DNA of 63,818 nucleotides, from assembly GCA_038087875.1 (NCBI GenBank), contig CM075993.1, positions 7,628,183 to 7,692,000 on the forward strand. The letters run 5' to 3'. Below, one piece after another: positions 1 to 11,446 of the stretch; the stretch's first letter is position 1; every line of letters starts with the position of its first letter. The notes under the pieces were generated by a model that saw nothing but the letters and a program-made list of their open reading frames with translations, was not told where the DNA came from and did not search any database. Origin of the DNA: Malacoraja senta. Lineage: Eukaryota. The position numbers and the translations under genes are program-made.

Positions 1-119
1 ACAAGCTTCCGGCGACAATCAGCGAGAGCCATCACTTGTTGCAATAGATGATGGTGGTCGCAGAATTAGCTCGGATACTTCCAGTTTTCAGCCCCGCAAC
101 GTGGACGCTTCCGTAATGG

Positions 120-2630
120 GGCCCTCCCATGTTAAAAAACATGTTGTTGACTTTGATATGCCACAGCTGACAGTTAAGATAATTTATGTAAATAGAAAGC
201 AAACATAAAGCCATATCGATATTCAGTGGTTTCTCCCCATGTAATCAATGGCGAGGGTTAATGCATTGGGTCTAAAATTGCTTCAAGGTATGTCAGAAAA
301 TGGCAAGAGCCTGTAAAACTGATTAAACGGCCTGTCCCACTTGCATGCGATTGCATGCGTTTGGCGCGACCAAACGGAAGCTCGCGCGTGACGTAATTTG
401 CGTCATACTTACCAATCAGCTGGGCAGGAGGCGGGCCGACTGAATTTGGGCGTCGCACGGCGTCGGATGGTGACGTCATCACGCAACGCCACGCCGGGCG
501 GTGACGTCATCGCGCAACGCCACGCCGGGCGGTGACGACATCACGCCATACGCTAGGCATACGCCGTCAAGACGCTGCGTACGACCGCAATGCGCCTGCG
601 TGCCGACAGGCCGTTGGCGCGCGATGATTTCGGACACTGTCAGATTTACGGAGACCCCGCGATGTCGGGACCAGCCCCGCACAACTCCGCGCTTCTAAGT
701 GGGACCAGCCCCGCGCGGCCATACGGTGCCCGTACGCCTCAAGCGAACACGAGGTCGAGTCATTTGCGAGCCAAGGTCACGTAAGTGGGACAGGCCCTTT
801 AGTCTAGATTTGGAAATGTCATGAAACGAGTATCATGAAATTGCTTTAGTCGGGATATTTTCAAATATAAATTTGAATTATAGCTTTAAATAAGTCAGGC
901 GTCAATATATTTTTCAGTTTCTAGTGATTACATTGTGGACACATGAACGTGAGTCTCCAGCAGGTGTTTAATCCCAATCCTACCCAATCTACGCTACTTT
1001 GGTTCCCTACTCCCATGGCAAAGTAAAATATTACAATTACCACGTGTATCATGGAGCTTGTTGAAGAATATGTTTTAATGAGGCACTATCCTAGGATCTC
1101 TCGGGTTCCTCAGCAGTCTGTATGTAAAACCTGTCCCCCATTCAAAGTCAGCATGTGACTTGTTTGCCTATTCTATCATGGTGTGAGGATTGTGTTTGAT
1201 GTACTGGTCTTTATCAGCCACTGGCCGCCCTCTGTAAATAGCTGAAAGGGCAGGTAATGTTTTGAGACATAGAGTGATGCAGCGTGGAAACAGGCCCTTC
1301 GGCCCAACTTGCCCACATTGGCCAACATGCCTCATCTACACGAGTCCCACCTGCCTGCATTTGGCCCATATCCCTCTAAACTTTTCCAATCCATGCACCT
1401 GCTATTTGTGTCTACCTGTCCAAATGTTTTTTTTAAACATTGTGATAGTCCCTGCCTCAACTACCTCCTCCGGCAGCTTGTTCCATACACCTTCTGCCCT
1501 TTGTGTAAAAGAACAAAAGTAGCCCCTCATTTTTATGTTGAATTGCTCCCTCTAACCTTAAACCTGGCGGTGCAGGCTCGAATGGCCTACTCCTGCACCT
1601 ATTTTCTATGTTTCTTATGTCCTTTGGCTCTTGATTCCTCTAATCTGGGTTAAAGACTATGTGCATTTACCCTGTCTATTGTAGTTATAAAGCTTGGAAA
1701 CAGGCCCGTCAGCCCCTTCTATACTGGTCCCACCTGCCGTGTTTGGCCAGTATCATCCTGTAAGCCTTTGGAGTGTGGGAGGAAACCGGAGAACATTTGG
1801 ACAGGTAGACGGGGTCACAGGGAGAATGTACAAACTGACAGCACCCGTAGTTCAGGATAGAACCTGCTATAAGTCAGCAATTCTGTCGCTGTGCCACCGT
1901 GCTGCCCAAATTGATGGCACTCTCAACGTTGCAGTTGCCCTCCCTTATTAAAAAAACGTGTTGTTGACTGATATATGTCACAGCTGATAGTTAAGATAAT
2001 TTATGCAAATAGAAAGCAAACACAAAGCCATATAGATAAACAGTGGTTACTCCCAGTGTAACCAAGGGATAGTTAAGGCATTACATGTAAAATATGCTTA
2101 AAAGTATGTCAGAAAATGGCAAGAGCCATGTAAAACTGATTTATTCTAGATTTTGGAAATATCTATTTGGAAATTTCGTGACACAAGTATCATGAAATTG
2201 CTTTAGTCAGGACATTTTCAAAATATGCTGAATTATAGTTTTAAATTGGTCAGGCATCAATATAGTTTCAGTTTCCAGTGATTGCATTGTGGACATATGA
2301 CCGTGATTCTCAGCAGGTTTTTAATCCCAATCCTAATTAATTCACATTAATTTGCTCTGTTCCCCACTCCTATGACAACGTAAAATATTACAATTCCTAC
2401 TTGTATCATGGAATTTGTTGAAGAAAAAGAGCATATGTATTAATGAAAGGTAGATAAAAATGCTGGAGAAACTCAGCGGGTGAGGCAGCATCTATGGAGC
2501 GAAGGAATAGGTGACGTTTTGGGTCAGAAGACCCTTCTGATTTAGAGTTTTTCCAGCATCTGCAGTTCTTTCTTAAACATATGTATTAATGAGGCACTTT
2601 CTAGGGTCTCTCGTGTTCCTCAGCAGTCTG
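120..2630 (+). repeat. Diverged local duplication of an AT-rich unit of about 500 bp (copy 1 about 120-1121, copy 2 about 1937-2630), each interrupted by a different TE
   Basis: Shared blocks such as CAGTTAAGATAATTTATG.AAATAGAAAGCAAACA, GTATGTCAGAAAATGGCAAGAGCC, AGTATCATGAAATTGCTTTAGTC and TTCCTCAGCAGTCTGT. Confidence 0.9.
327..798. mobile_element. Non-autonomous PIF/Harbinger-like MITE, CpG-rich
   Basis: TIRs ACGGCCTGTCCCACTT / AAGTGGGACAGGCCCT; flanks TAA/TTA; empty site visible in the duplicated copy near 2137. Confidence 0.8.
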
Positions 2631-3315
2631 TGGCCAATATATGTGGAACATGGGAACAGTACAGACAGGAAATGGCCCTTCAGCGTACTATGTCTGTGTC
2701 AAATGTGATGAACAGTCTGAAGGAGGGCCCCAACCCAAAATGTCACCTATCCACGTTCTCTAAGAATTCTGTCTGACCCGCTGAGCTACTCCAACACTCT
2801 GTGTCTTTTTCCCCACGAATCCACTCTGCACAGGATTCAGTTACCTCATAACAACATTTAAAATACATTTGGACATGTACATGGATAGGTAACATTTAGA
2901 AGGATAAAGCTAAAATGTGCAAAGGTGGGATGAGCATAGATGGGGCATCTTGGTCGGCATGGAGAGGTTGGGCTGAGTGGCCCGTTTCTATACTATATGA
3001 CCCTATAACTCCAATCCCTACATATCTATGTGTCTATCTAATGGCTTAAATGCCACCATCATATCTGCCACCAACCCCACCCCAGGGACACGCTACTCCC
3101 TGTGTAAAGCTGCACCACACATATAATTTGGTTGGGAAAGGTTGCAAACCACATATTTTTGTATTGCAAGGGCTGACAACAGCCAGAGAGGTAAATGCCA
3201 CATTGATCTAGGTTTGTGATGTTGGTTGGGGTTTAGTTTAGAGATACAGCAAGGAAACAGGCCCTTCAGCCCACCGAATCCATTCCCGATCATCAATCAC
3301 TGATTCAAACTAGTT

Positions 3316-5225
3316 AAAAACATAGAAAAATATGTGCCATTCGCCCTTCGAGCCACCACCACACCACCATTCAATATGATCATGGCTGATCATCTAAAAT
3401 CAGTACCCCGTTCCTACTTTTTCCCCATATTCCTTGATTCCTTTAGCCCTAAGAGCTAAATTTAACTTGAAAGCATCCAGTGAATTGGCCTCCACTGCCT
3501 TATGTGGCAGAGAATTCCACAGATTCACAACTCTCTGGGTGAAGAAGTTTTTCCTCATCTCAGTCCTAACTAGCCTACCGCTTATTCTTAAAATGTGACC
3601 CCTGGTTCTGGACTCTCCCAACATTGGGAACATTTTCCTGCATATTGCCTGTCCAATCCTTTAAGAATTTTATGTGTTTCTATGATACCTTCTGATTCCT
3701 TCTAAATTACAGCGAATACAAGCCCAGTCGACTCATTCTTTTGTTACGTTACGTTCATACGTTAGTCCCGTGAATTAACCTGGTGAACCTATGCTGCACT
3801 CCCTCAATAGCAATAATGTCCTTCCTCAAAATAGCAGACCAAAATTGCACACAATACTCCAGGTGCGGTCTCACCAGGGCCCTGTACAACTGCACTAGGA
3901 CCTCTTTGCTCCTAAACTCAAATCCTCTTGCAGTGAAGGCCAACTTTCTTCACTGTCTGCTGTACCTGCATGCTTACTTTCAGTGACTGATGTACAAGCA
4001 CACCCAGGTCTCGTTGCACCTCCCCTTTTCCTAATCTGACACCATTCAGATAACAATCTGCCTTCCTGTTCTTCCCACCAAAGTGGATAACCTCACAATT
4101 ATCCACATTATACTGCATCTGCCATGCATCTGCCCACTCACGTAATCTATCTAAGTCACCCTGCAGCCTCATTGCAGCTCACACTGCCACCCAGCTTTGT
4201 GTCATCCGCAAACTTGGAGATGTCACATTTAATTCCCTCATCTAAATCATTAATATATATTTTTAATAACTGGGATCCCAGCATCGATCCTTGCGGCACC
4301 CCACTATTCACTGCCTGTTATTCTGAAAAGGACCCGTTAATGCCTACTCTTTGCTTCCTGTCTGCTAACCAGTTCTCTATCCAAGGTAGACAAAAGTGCT
4401 GGAGGATCTCAGCGGCTGAGGCAGCATCTATGGAGAGAAGGAATAGGCGACGTTTCGCGTCGAGACCCTTCTTCAGACTGAAGTTCTCTATCCATATCAA
4501 TTCCCTATCCCCAATACCATGTGCTCTAATTTTGCACACTAATCTCTTGTGTGTGACCTTGTCAAAGGTTATTTGAAAGTCCAGATACACCACATCCACT
4601 GGCTCTCCCTTATCCATTCTACTTGTTACACCCTCAAAAAATTCCCGAAGATTAGTGAAGCATGATTTCCCCTTCATAAATCCATGCTGACTGACGATCC
4701 TGTCACTGCTTTCCAAATGCGCTGCAATAACATCTTTAATAATCGACTCCAGTATCTTCCCCACTATCGATTTAAGACTAGCTGGTCTATAATTCTCAAT
4801 TTTCTCTCTCCCTCCTTTCTTAAAAAGTGGGGTTACATTGGCTACCTTCCAGTCCACGGGAACTGATCCAGAGTCGAGAGACCATTGGAAAATAATCACC
4901 AATGCATCCACAATTTCTTAGGCCACCTCCTCGAATACTCTGGGATGCAGACCATCAGGCCCTGGGGATTTATCTGCCTTCAGTCCCAACAGTTTACCTA
5001 ACACCATTTCCTGACTAATGTGGATTCCCTTCAGTTCCTCCCTCCCACTAGATCCTCTGTCACCTAGTATTTCTGGGAGATTGTTTGTGTCTTCCTTAGT
5101 GAAGACAGAACCAAAGTACTTGATTAACCGTTCTGCCTTTTCTTTGTTTGCCATTATAAATTCACCTGTCTCTGATTGTAAGGGACCGACATTTGTTGTC
5201 ACTAATCTTTTCCTTTTTACATATC
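3316..5225 (-). mobile_element. CR1-clade LINE, 5'-truncated, decayed ORF2 (reverse transcriptase)
   Basis: ORFs with [67 protein letters not shown]; frameshifted. Confidence 0.93.
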
Positions 5226-5477
5226 TAAAGTTCTATGTTATCCCACTTTCTCAACCACTCTCTACACTTTAGTGGTACTTTACAGAGGCCAATTAACCTA
5301 TAAACCCACACATTTCTGGGATGGGGGAGGAAACCGACACTGTCACGGAGAACGTGCAACGACACAGGGACAGCACCCGAGGTCAGGATCGAACACGTGT
5401 CTCTGGCGCTGTGAAGCAGCAACTCCATCACTGCGCCACTGTGCCGTTTTTACTTACAGGTTAAATACTTCTCTCAC

Positions 5478-5943
5478 TTGTACCAACTCCATCTACATCG
5501 GTGAGACCAAGCGTAGGCTTGGCGATCGTTTCGCCGAACACCTCCGCTCGGTCCGCATTAACCAACCTGATCTCCCGGTGGCTCAGCACTTCAACTCCCC
5601 CTCCCATTCCGAATCTGACCTCTCTGTCCTGGGCCTCCTCCATGGCCAGAGTGAGCACCACCGGAAATTGGAGGAGCAGCACCTCATATTCCGCTTGGGC
5701 AGTCTGCACCCTAGCGGCATAAACATTGAATTCTCCAATTTCCGGTAGCCCTTGGTGTCTCCTCCCCTTCTCAGCTCTCCCTCAGCCCTTGGGCTCCTCC
5801 TCTTCCTTTCTCCTTTCTTCTCCCCGCCCCCCACCACCCTACATCAGTCTGAAGAAGGGTTTTGGCCCGAAACGTTGCCTATTTCTTTTGCCCCATAGAT
5901 GCTGCTGCACCTGCTGAGTTTCTCCAGCACTTTTGTCTACCTT
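5478..5943 (+). mobile_element. Penelope-like retroelement 3' fragment: GIY-YIG endonuclease C-terminal part plus terminal repeat with hammerhead-like core
   Basis: YIGETKRRLGDRFAEHL..PVAQHFN..H..RKLEEQHLIFRLGSLHPSGIN; followed by CTGAAGA-stem-GAAACGTT at 5849-5876. Confidence 0.88.
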
Positions 5944-7471
5944 CCATGGTGAATAGCTCCCTTGTGTTAATTATGCCCTGAGGGCTTGTGGTGTTTTATC
6001 AAGAAACTATAAATTTAATGTCTTCTGATGCTTTGAGCTGATAATTTGGTACCGTAACTGCCAATTGTATTTGCTGAGTCAACACATTCCATAGATGGTA
6101 AATTATTAACGTGGAGTCAATCCCCACCTCCAAAACCTGCTTGGGCTGGATATGCGGGGGGGCTAAACAAACTGTTCTCGACCACCCATCTCTCTCAGCC
6201 TAATAGGTGCCAGGCAGAACCTCAGCAAAAAGTAGGTGAAGAGAGCCTCCAAAATACCCCAAGAGGAGGCAAAGCTACGGGGAGGAGCTTTGGCTTCTAA
6301 CTAAATGTTGTAACTGGCTTAAAATGATATTTAGAAGAATTGTGATTAAGATTTCACTAAAATATCTCCTGAACGTACTTTCTCCCATCTTGTCGACAGA
6401 GCTCGGAATTCCCATTCAAATCAATGGGGTTGCCAATTATGAGTGGGTAGGAACTGCAGATGCTGGTTTGCACTGAAGATGGAGCAAATGAATAGGTGAT
6501 GTTTTGGGTGGGTCACCAATTCTTTTTCTCCTGAAATGCAGCCTGACCCGCTGAGTTACTCCAGCATTTTGTGTCCATCTTTGCCGCTTCTGCCAGATCT
6601 GGCTGGAGAGGAGAATCCCTCGATGTGGAATCCCAGAATAGTCTTGGAGTTCATCTGTTGGCACCTTCGTCTTTTTAGACTTTAGGGATGCAGCGTGGAA
6701 ACAGGCCCTTCGAGTCTGTGCTGACCAGCGATCGCCCCGTACACTGGCACTAGCCTACACACTAGGACCAATTTACAAAATCCAATTAACCTGAAGAAAA
6801 GTCTCGACTCGAAACGTCACCCATTCCTTCACTCCAGAGATGCCGCCTGTCCCGCTGAGTTACTCCAGCATTTTGTGTCTATCTTCGAAGAAAATTGTCT
6901 TTTTTGGTTTGGGTTTAACTGCAAAGTTTAAAAAGTTTGCCAGTTAAAGGGTGAAGAGTTTATAAAGCAATACCTGGAGAGATCACCAAGGGTTGGTGAT
7001 CGATGAGATGGTAATCAGAGGTTCCGAGGTTTTGGCATCAAGGAGAGAAGCAATCAAACAGTATACGATGGAGGAAGTTGCAGATGGTGGACATATTAGG
7101 GATCAAAGGAGTTGCCAGTTAAAAATAAGTTTCAACTGAAGTGAATGGTTGCACATTTGATAATTTTACCTGGTGAATGTTTTGGCTGATCTAGGTTTTC
7201 ACATTGGATAAAAAGAAATTGTGTGTCGGGGAGGAAAGACTGGGTGTTGCAAGATGTACATGGAAACATACCGTGTCTTCAGATTTAACAACAATAAATA
7301 CAGATGAGTTTATAATGGCTTGTTGCTTGGCTCTTACAAGCTTACGCATCACCTGCACACCGCGGTTCAACTACTGGGGTTTGGGTGGTTGTGCTTCTGG
7401 AGTGTGGTTGTCATAGGTGGAAAGGTTTCCCCATAACATAGAAAATAGGTGCAGGAGTAGGCCCTTCGAAC

Positions 7472-7852
7472 CAAAGATCCTATAGCGGAGCAAGATAGAC
7501 CACTCCTGCTAAATGCAATGGGCTGACGTGTAGTACGCAACGGAGCGGAATGTGTGCCTTTTTTTCATCCATTTCAGTAACCCGACCCGACTCGCAGTGT
7601 AATCAACGTTGTGGGGGGACAGTTTGTGTTAATAAATTAAAATTCTGAAAATGAGGAGCAGATTCTTACCAAAGAACTTTGATTTTTACGAGGATGTTTC
7701 CGTAACCGGCTTCCGTCTCCGCACTAGTTATCTTTGGTGCGGAGACGGAAGCTGGTTACGGAAATGGGGCCGAAAATTACCCATGAATCTGCCCATGACC
7801 GTACTACGTCTTTTTCGTCGAGTGGACTATCTTGCTTGCTGTAGGATCTTTG
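7472..7852. mobile_element. Non-autonomous hAT-like MITE
   Basis: TIRs of about 33 bp (CAAAGATCCTATAGC..CCACTC); 8-bp flanking duplication CTTCGAAC/CTTCGAGC; inserted into a CR1 tail. Confidence 0.8.
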
Positions 7853-8696
7853 CTTCGAGCCATGTTATGGATTGTACCGTCAGGTGATTTCGTCAACGAT
7901 ATTTTTTTTTTTTTCTTTTCTATCCTGCTTGGATCTTCATGTTGTTTATTAACAAGCCAACATCATTGCCCCAAGGCTTCTCAATCTCTCTCATCACAAT
8001 GTTGCACCTCCTTCAAACATAAGGAATTAAGTGAGTTGTGAATCTGTGGAATTCTCTAGCGCAGAAGGCTGTGGAGGCCAATTCACTGGACGTTTTCAAG
8101 AGAGTTAGATTTAGCTCTTGGGGCTAAAGGAATCAAAGGATATGGAGGAAAAAGCAGGAACTGGGTACTAATTTTGGATGATCATCCATGATCATATCGA
8201 ATGGCGGTGCTGGCTCCGGGTGCTCCAGGTCCTAGACTCTCCCACAACTGGAAACATCCTTAGATTAGCTTAGTTTAGTTTATAATTGTCATATGTACCG
8301 AGGTACAGTGAAAAGTTTTTGTGACATTGGCTCTGTTGTGAACTTGGTTACCATCATGGCTTTATAAGCAACATTGTGAGCAGTTTTGGACCTCATATCT
8401 GAAGAAAAACGTGCTGGGATTGGGGACAGTCACAAGGAGGTTTACAAAAATGATCCAGGGGATGATTGGGTTAACGTATGATGAGTATTTGACAGCACTG
8501 GGCCTGTACTCGCAAGAGTTTAAAGGATGAGAGGGAACCTCATTGAAACCTACCTGATATAGAAAGGCCTGGTCAGAGTAGATGTGGAGAATATTAATGT
8601 ATAGTCTTCTCTGACTGAATAGCATGCAAACAAAAGCTTTTCACTGTACCTCAGTACACATGATAATTATAAACTAAACTAAACTAAGCTAATCTA

Positions 8697-8922
8697 GTCA
8701 AGTCAAGTCAATTTTATTTCTATAGCACATTTAAAAACGACTCTCGTTGACCAAAGTGCTTTACATCAGTGCAGGTACTAACGTGCTACAAACAGTGGTA
8801 CATAGATCAACAATACATACATAAATACATACATACACGCTCTCTCAGAGGACCTCAAGAAAGGCTTGAGAGTAGAAATAAGTTTTAAGTCTAGACTTAA
8901 AAGAGTCGATGGAGGGGGCAGT
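8697..8922 (-). mobile_element. L2-clade LINE 3' end
   Basis: LRTAPSIDSFKSRLKTYFYSQAF followed by a (TTGAC)n tail; TCTA on both flanks. Confidence 0.7.
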
Positions 8923-9104
8923 TCTAAGGATGTTTCCAGTAGTGGGAGAGTCTAGGACCTGGAGAACCTGGAGGAAACCCACATGGTCACAGGGAGGACA
9001 TGCAAACTCCACGTAGATGGTACCTGAGGTCAGGATCAAACCTGGGTCTCTGGCACTGTGCGGCAGCAGGTCTACCAGGTGCGCATTTGTCCTGCTCTTT
9101 GTCG

Positions 9105-9310
9105 AGATTTTCAGGTTCCTGGTGTGAATATCAGCAACCAGTTCTCTTGCTTCAACCACATTAATGCTATGGTCCAAGAAAGCACAGCAACGCCTCTACT
9201 TCCTCTGAAGCCTCAGGAAATTCGGCATGTCTCCAATGACGCTTACCCATTTCTACAGATGTACTATAGAAGTGATTCTATCTGGATGCATTTCAGCTTA
9301 GAGTAGCAAC
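9105..9310 (+). mobile_element. Decayed Rex1/Babar-like LINE fragment
   Basis: Degenerate F(K)FLGVNIS..NHI..KKAQQRLYFL-type coding sequence. Confidence 0.6.
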
Positions 9311-9704
9311 TGCTCTCAAAGATTGTATCCACACTGAGTAATGTGGGTGTGAAAGTCAGAGATGTGAGCCTAAGGGCAAAGCTGTTATAGAATTAAATAT
9401 GTAGGAAGGAACTGCAGATGCTGGTTTAAACCGCAGATAGACACAAAAGGCTGGAGTAACTCAGCGGGACAGGCAGCATTTCTGGAGAGAAGGAATGGGT
9501 GACGTTTTGGGTCGACCCGAAACATCACCCATTCCTCATCTCCAGAGATGCTGCCTGTCCCGTAAAATTAAATACACCTTGATTATTACATAAATACATC
9601 TGATCATTGCAGCAACAGTCGTGTTATGGATTATACCATCAGGTGATTTTGTCAACGATATTTTGTTTTTTTCTTTTCTATCCTGCTTGAATCCTCACGT
9701 TGTT

Positions 9705-10790
9705 TATTAATGATTTGGATAAGGGGATTGAAGGCTTTGTGGCCAAGTTTGCAGATGATGCTAATATAGGTGGAGGGGCAGGCAGTGTAGAGGAAGCAAG
9801 GATTTGGGCAGGTTAGGAGAGTGGGCAGAGAAGTTGCAGATCAAATTCAGTATAGCAAAGTCATCTTCTTCTTCTTGCGTGCACAGCCTAAAGTTGTAGG
9901 ACAACTTGTTCTATTCGATCTTATTTGATTGTGCACGCCAGGTTGATTGCATTCGTCGAAACAGGGCGGACCACGTGAAGGTTGCAATCTTCCACCCCAG
10001 CAAAGTCATGCATTTTGGTAAGAATAAAGTCGTAGATTATTATTTTCTAAATGGAGAGAGAATTCAGAAATCGGAGGTGCAAAGGGACTTGGGAGTTTTG
10101 TTGCAGGACTCCCAAAAAGTTAATTTGCAAAGTCGAATCGTTAGTAAGGAAGGCAAATTCGATGCTAGCATTTATATCAAGAGGAGTGGAATACAAAAAC
10201 AGAGATGTAATGGCTGAGGCTCTATAAGGCGCTGGTCAGGTCCTATTTGAAGTACTGTGAGCAAATTTGGGCCCCATATCTGAGGAAGGATGTGCTGTGT
10301 CTGGAGAGGGTCCAGAGGAGGTTTACAAGAATGATCCCAGGAATGAGTGGGTTCGCATATGATGAGTGTTTGACAGCACTGGGCCTGTACTCGCTGGGGT
10401 TTAGATGGTTGAGGGGGGACCTCATTGAAACTTACAGAATAATGAAAGGCATTGACAGAGTGGATGTGGAAAGGATGTTTCAACTGGTGGGAGAGTCTAG
10501 GACCGGAGGTCATAGCCTCAGAATTAAAGGGCGCTCTTTTAGGAAGGAGGTGAGGAGGAACTTCTTTAGTCAGAGGGTAGTTAATCTGTGGAACTCATTG
10601 CCACAGATGGCTGTGGAGGCCAAGTCAGTGGATATTTTTTAAAGCAGAGACAGACAAATTCTTGATTAGAACGGGTGCCAAGTGTTATGGGGAGAAGGCA
10701 GGAAAATGGGATTAGCAGGCAGAGATCAGCCATGATTGAATGGCGGACTGGACTCGATGGGCCGAATGGCCTAATTCTACTCATATAACA
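9705..10790 (+). mobile_element. CR1 LINE 3' fragment with nested insertion
   Basis: KFADD, YCEQIWAPYLRKDVLCLERVQRRFTRMIPGM, RGDLIETYRIMKG, FFSQRVVNLWNSLP. Confidence 0.92.
9865..9998 (-). mobile_element. Short retroposon 3' end with (AAG)n tail, RTE-like
   Basis: 11-bp target duplication AGCAAAGTCAT (9854-9864, 9999-10009); (CTT)n on plus. Confidence 0.6.
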
Positions 10791-11066
10791 AGTAACCTTG
10801 CCGTTTATTTCCCAACAGAACATCTGACATCTGAAATGTAAATTTGAATTGTATTTAAATGTTCTCTCTCCAGGTAACTGGAATTTCTGATTTATGTCAA
10901 CAGGTATAAATACTCTTCCTAACAGCCTGCTTCTCACAGTATCGGTATTGTTTCTGTTGCTCGAGGCATATGTGAACAACAAGAATTTAATGAACATCAT
11001 CTGGAGTTTTGATCTTTGAGTTCTGCTGTTACTTTGCCCTGGGCATGAGCACCCCCCCAAATCTTT

Positions 11067-11067
11067 C

Positions 11068-11153
<86 letters not shown>
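11067..11153. repeat. (CT)n microsatellite
   Basis: Direct reading. Confidence 0.98.
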
Positions 11154-11156
<3 letters not shown>

Positions 11157-11319
11157 CTCCCCCTCCCCCCTCCCTCCTCCCTTAAATTACTCCTTAATAA
11201 CCTACTTCTTCAATAAGCCCTGGGTCATTATCCTCCGACCTTCTCCTCTTTTGTCAAGTTTATGCCCCCTCTAGTTGACATCTGCCTTTGAGTGAAGTCG
11301 CTTTGCCTTTTGCACGAAT

Positions 11320-11446
11320 ATGCCTGGTGACAGAATGACTTCTTCACTTCCAGGAGAAATCCATGAGCAGTATGAACTGGGAACGTCTGATGTTCAGGAG
11401 AGCAGCAATGTTGCACTGACCTTCGAAGAAGCAGTCAAAGAAACTG
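11320..11446 (+). CDS. SV2-like first traced coding exon (..GEIHEQYELGTSDVQESSNVALTFEEAVKETG)
   Basis: LTFEEAVKET-G precedes the GFG motif as in SV2-like proteins; donor G|GTAAAG after 11446. The 5' end is either an ATG at 11320/11335 or the acceptor TTCCAG| at 11354. Confidence 0.75.

Noticed and set aside
2..208. Open frame at the window start (QASGDNQREPSLVAIDD...)
   Set aside because: No recognisable homology, and the frame is not preserved in the duplicated copy near 1950; cannot be supported as coding.
469..545. 31-bp tandem repeats resembling a CRISPR array
   Set aside because: No unique spacers, eukaryotic context, and located inside a MITE.
4318..4911. 197-aa ORF with reverse-transcriptase motifs
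   Set aside because: Decayed CR1 ORF2 with an in-frame repeat insertion and neighbouring frameshifts; not a host gene, retron or intact element.
10819..10873. Possible upstream SV2-like coding exon (AG..CCAG|GTAACT)
   Set aside because: The frame needed for a phase-1 join contains a TGA and no ATG; at most a 5' UTR exon, unsupported.
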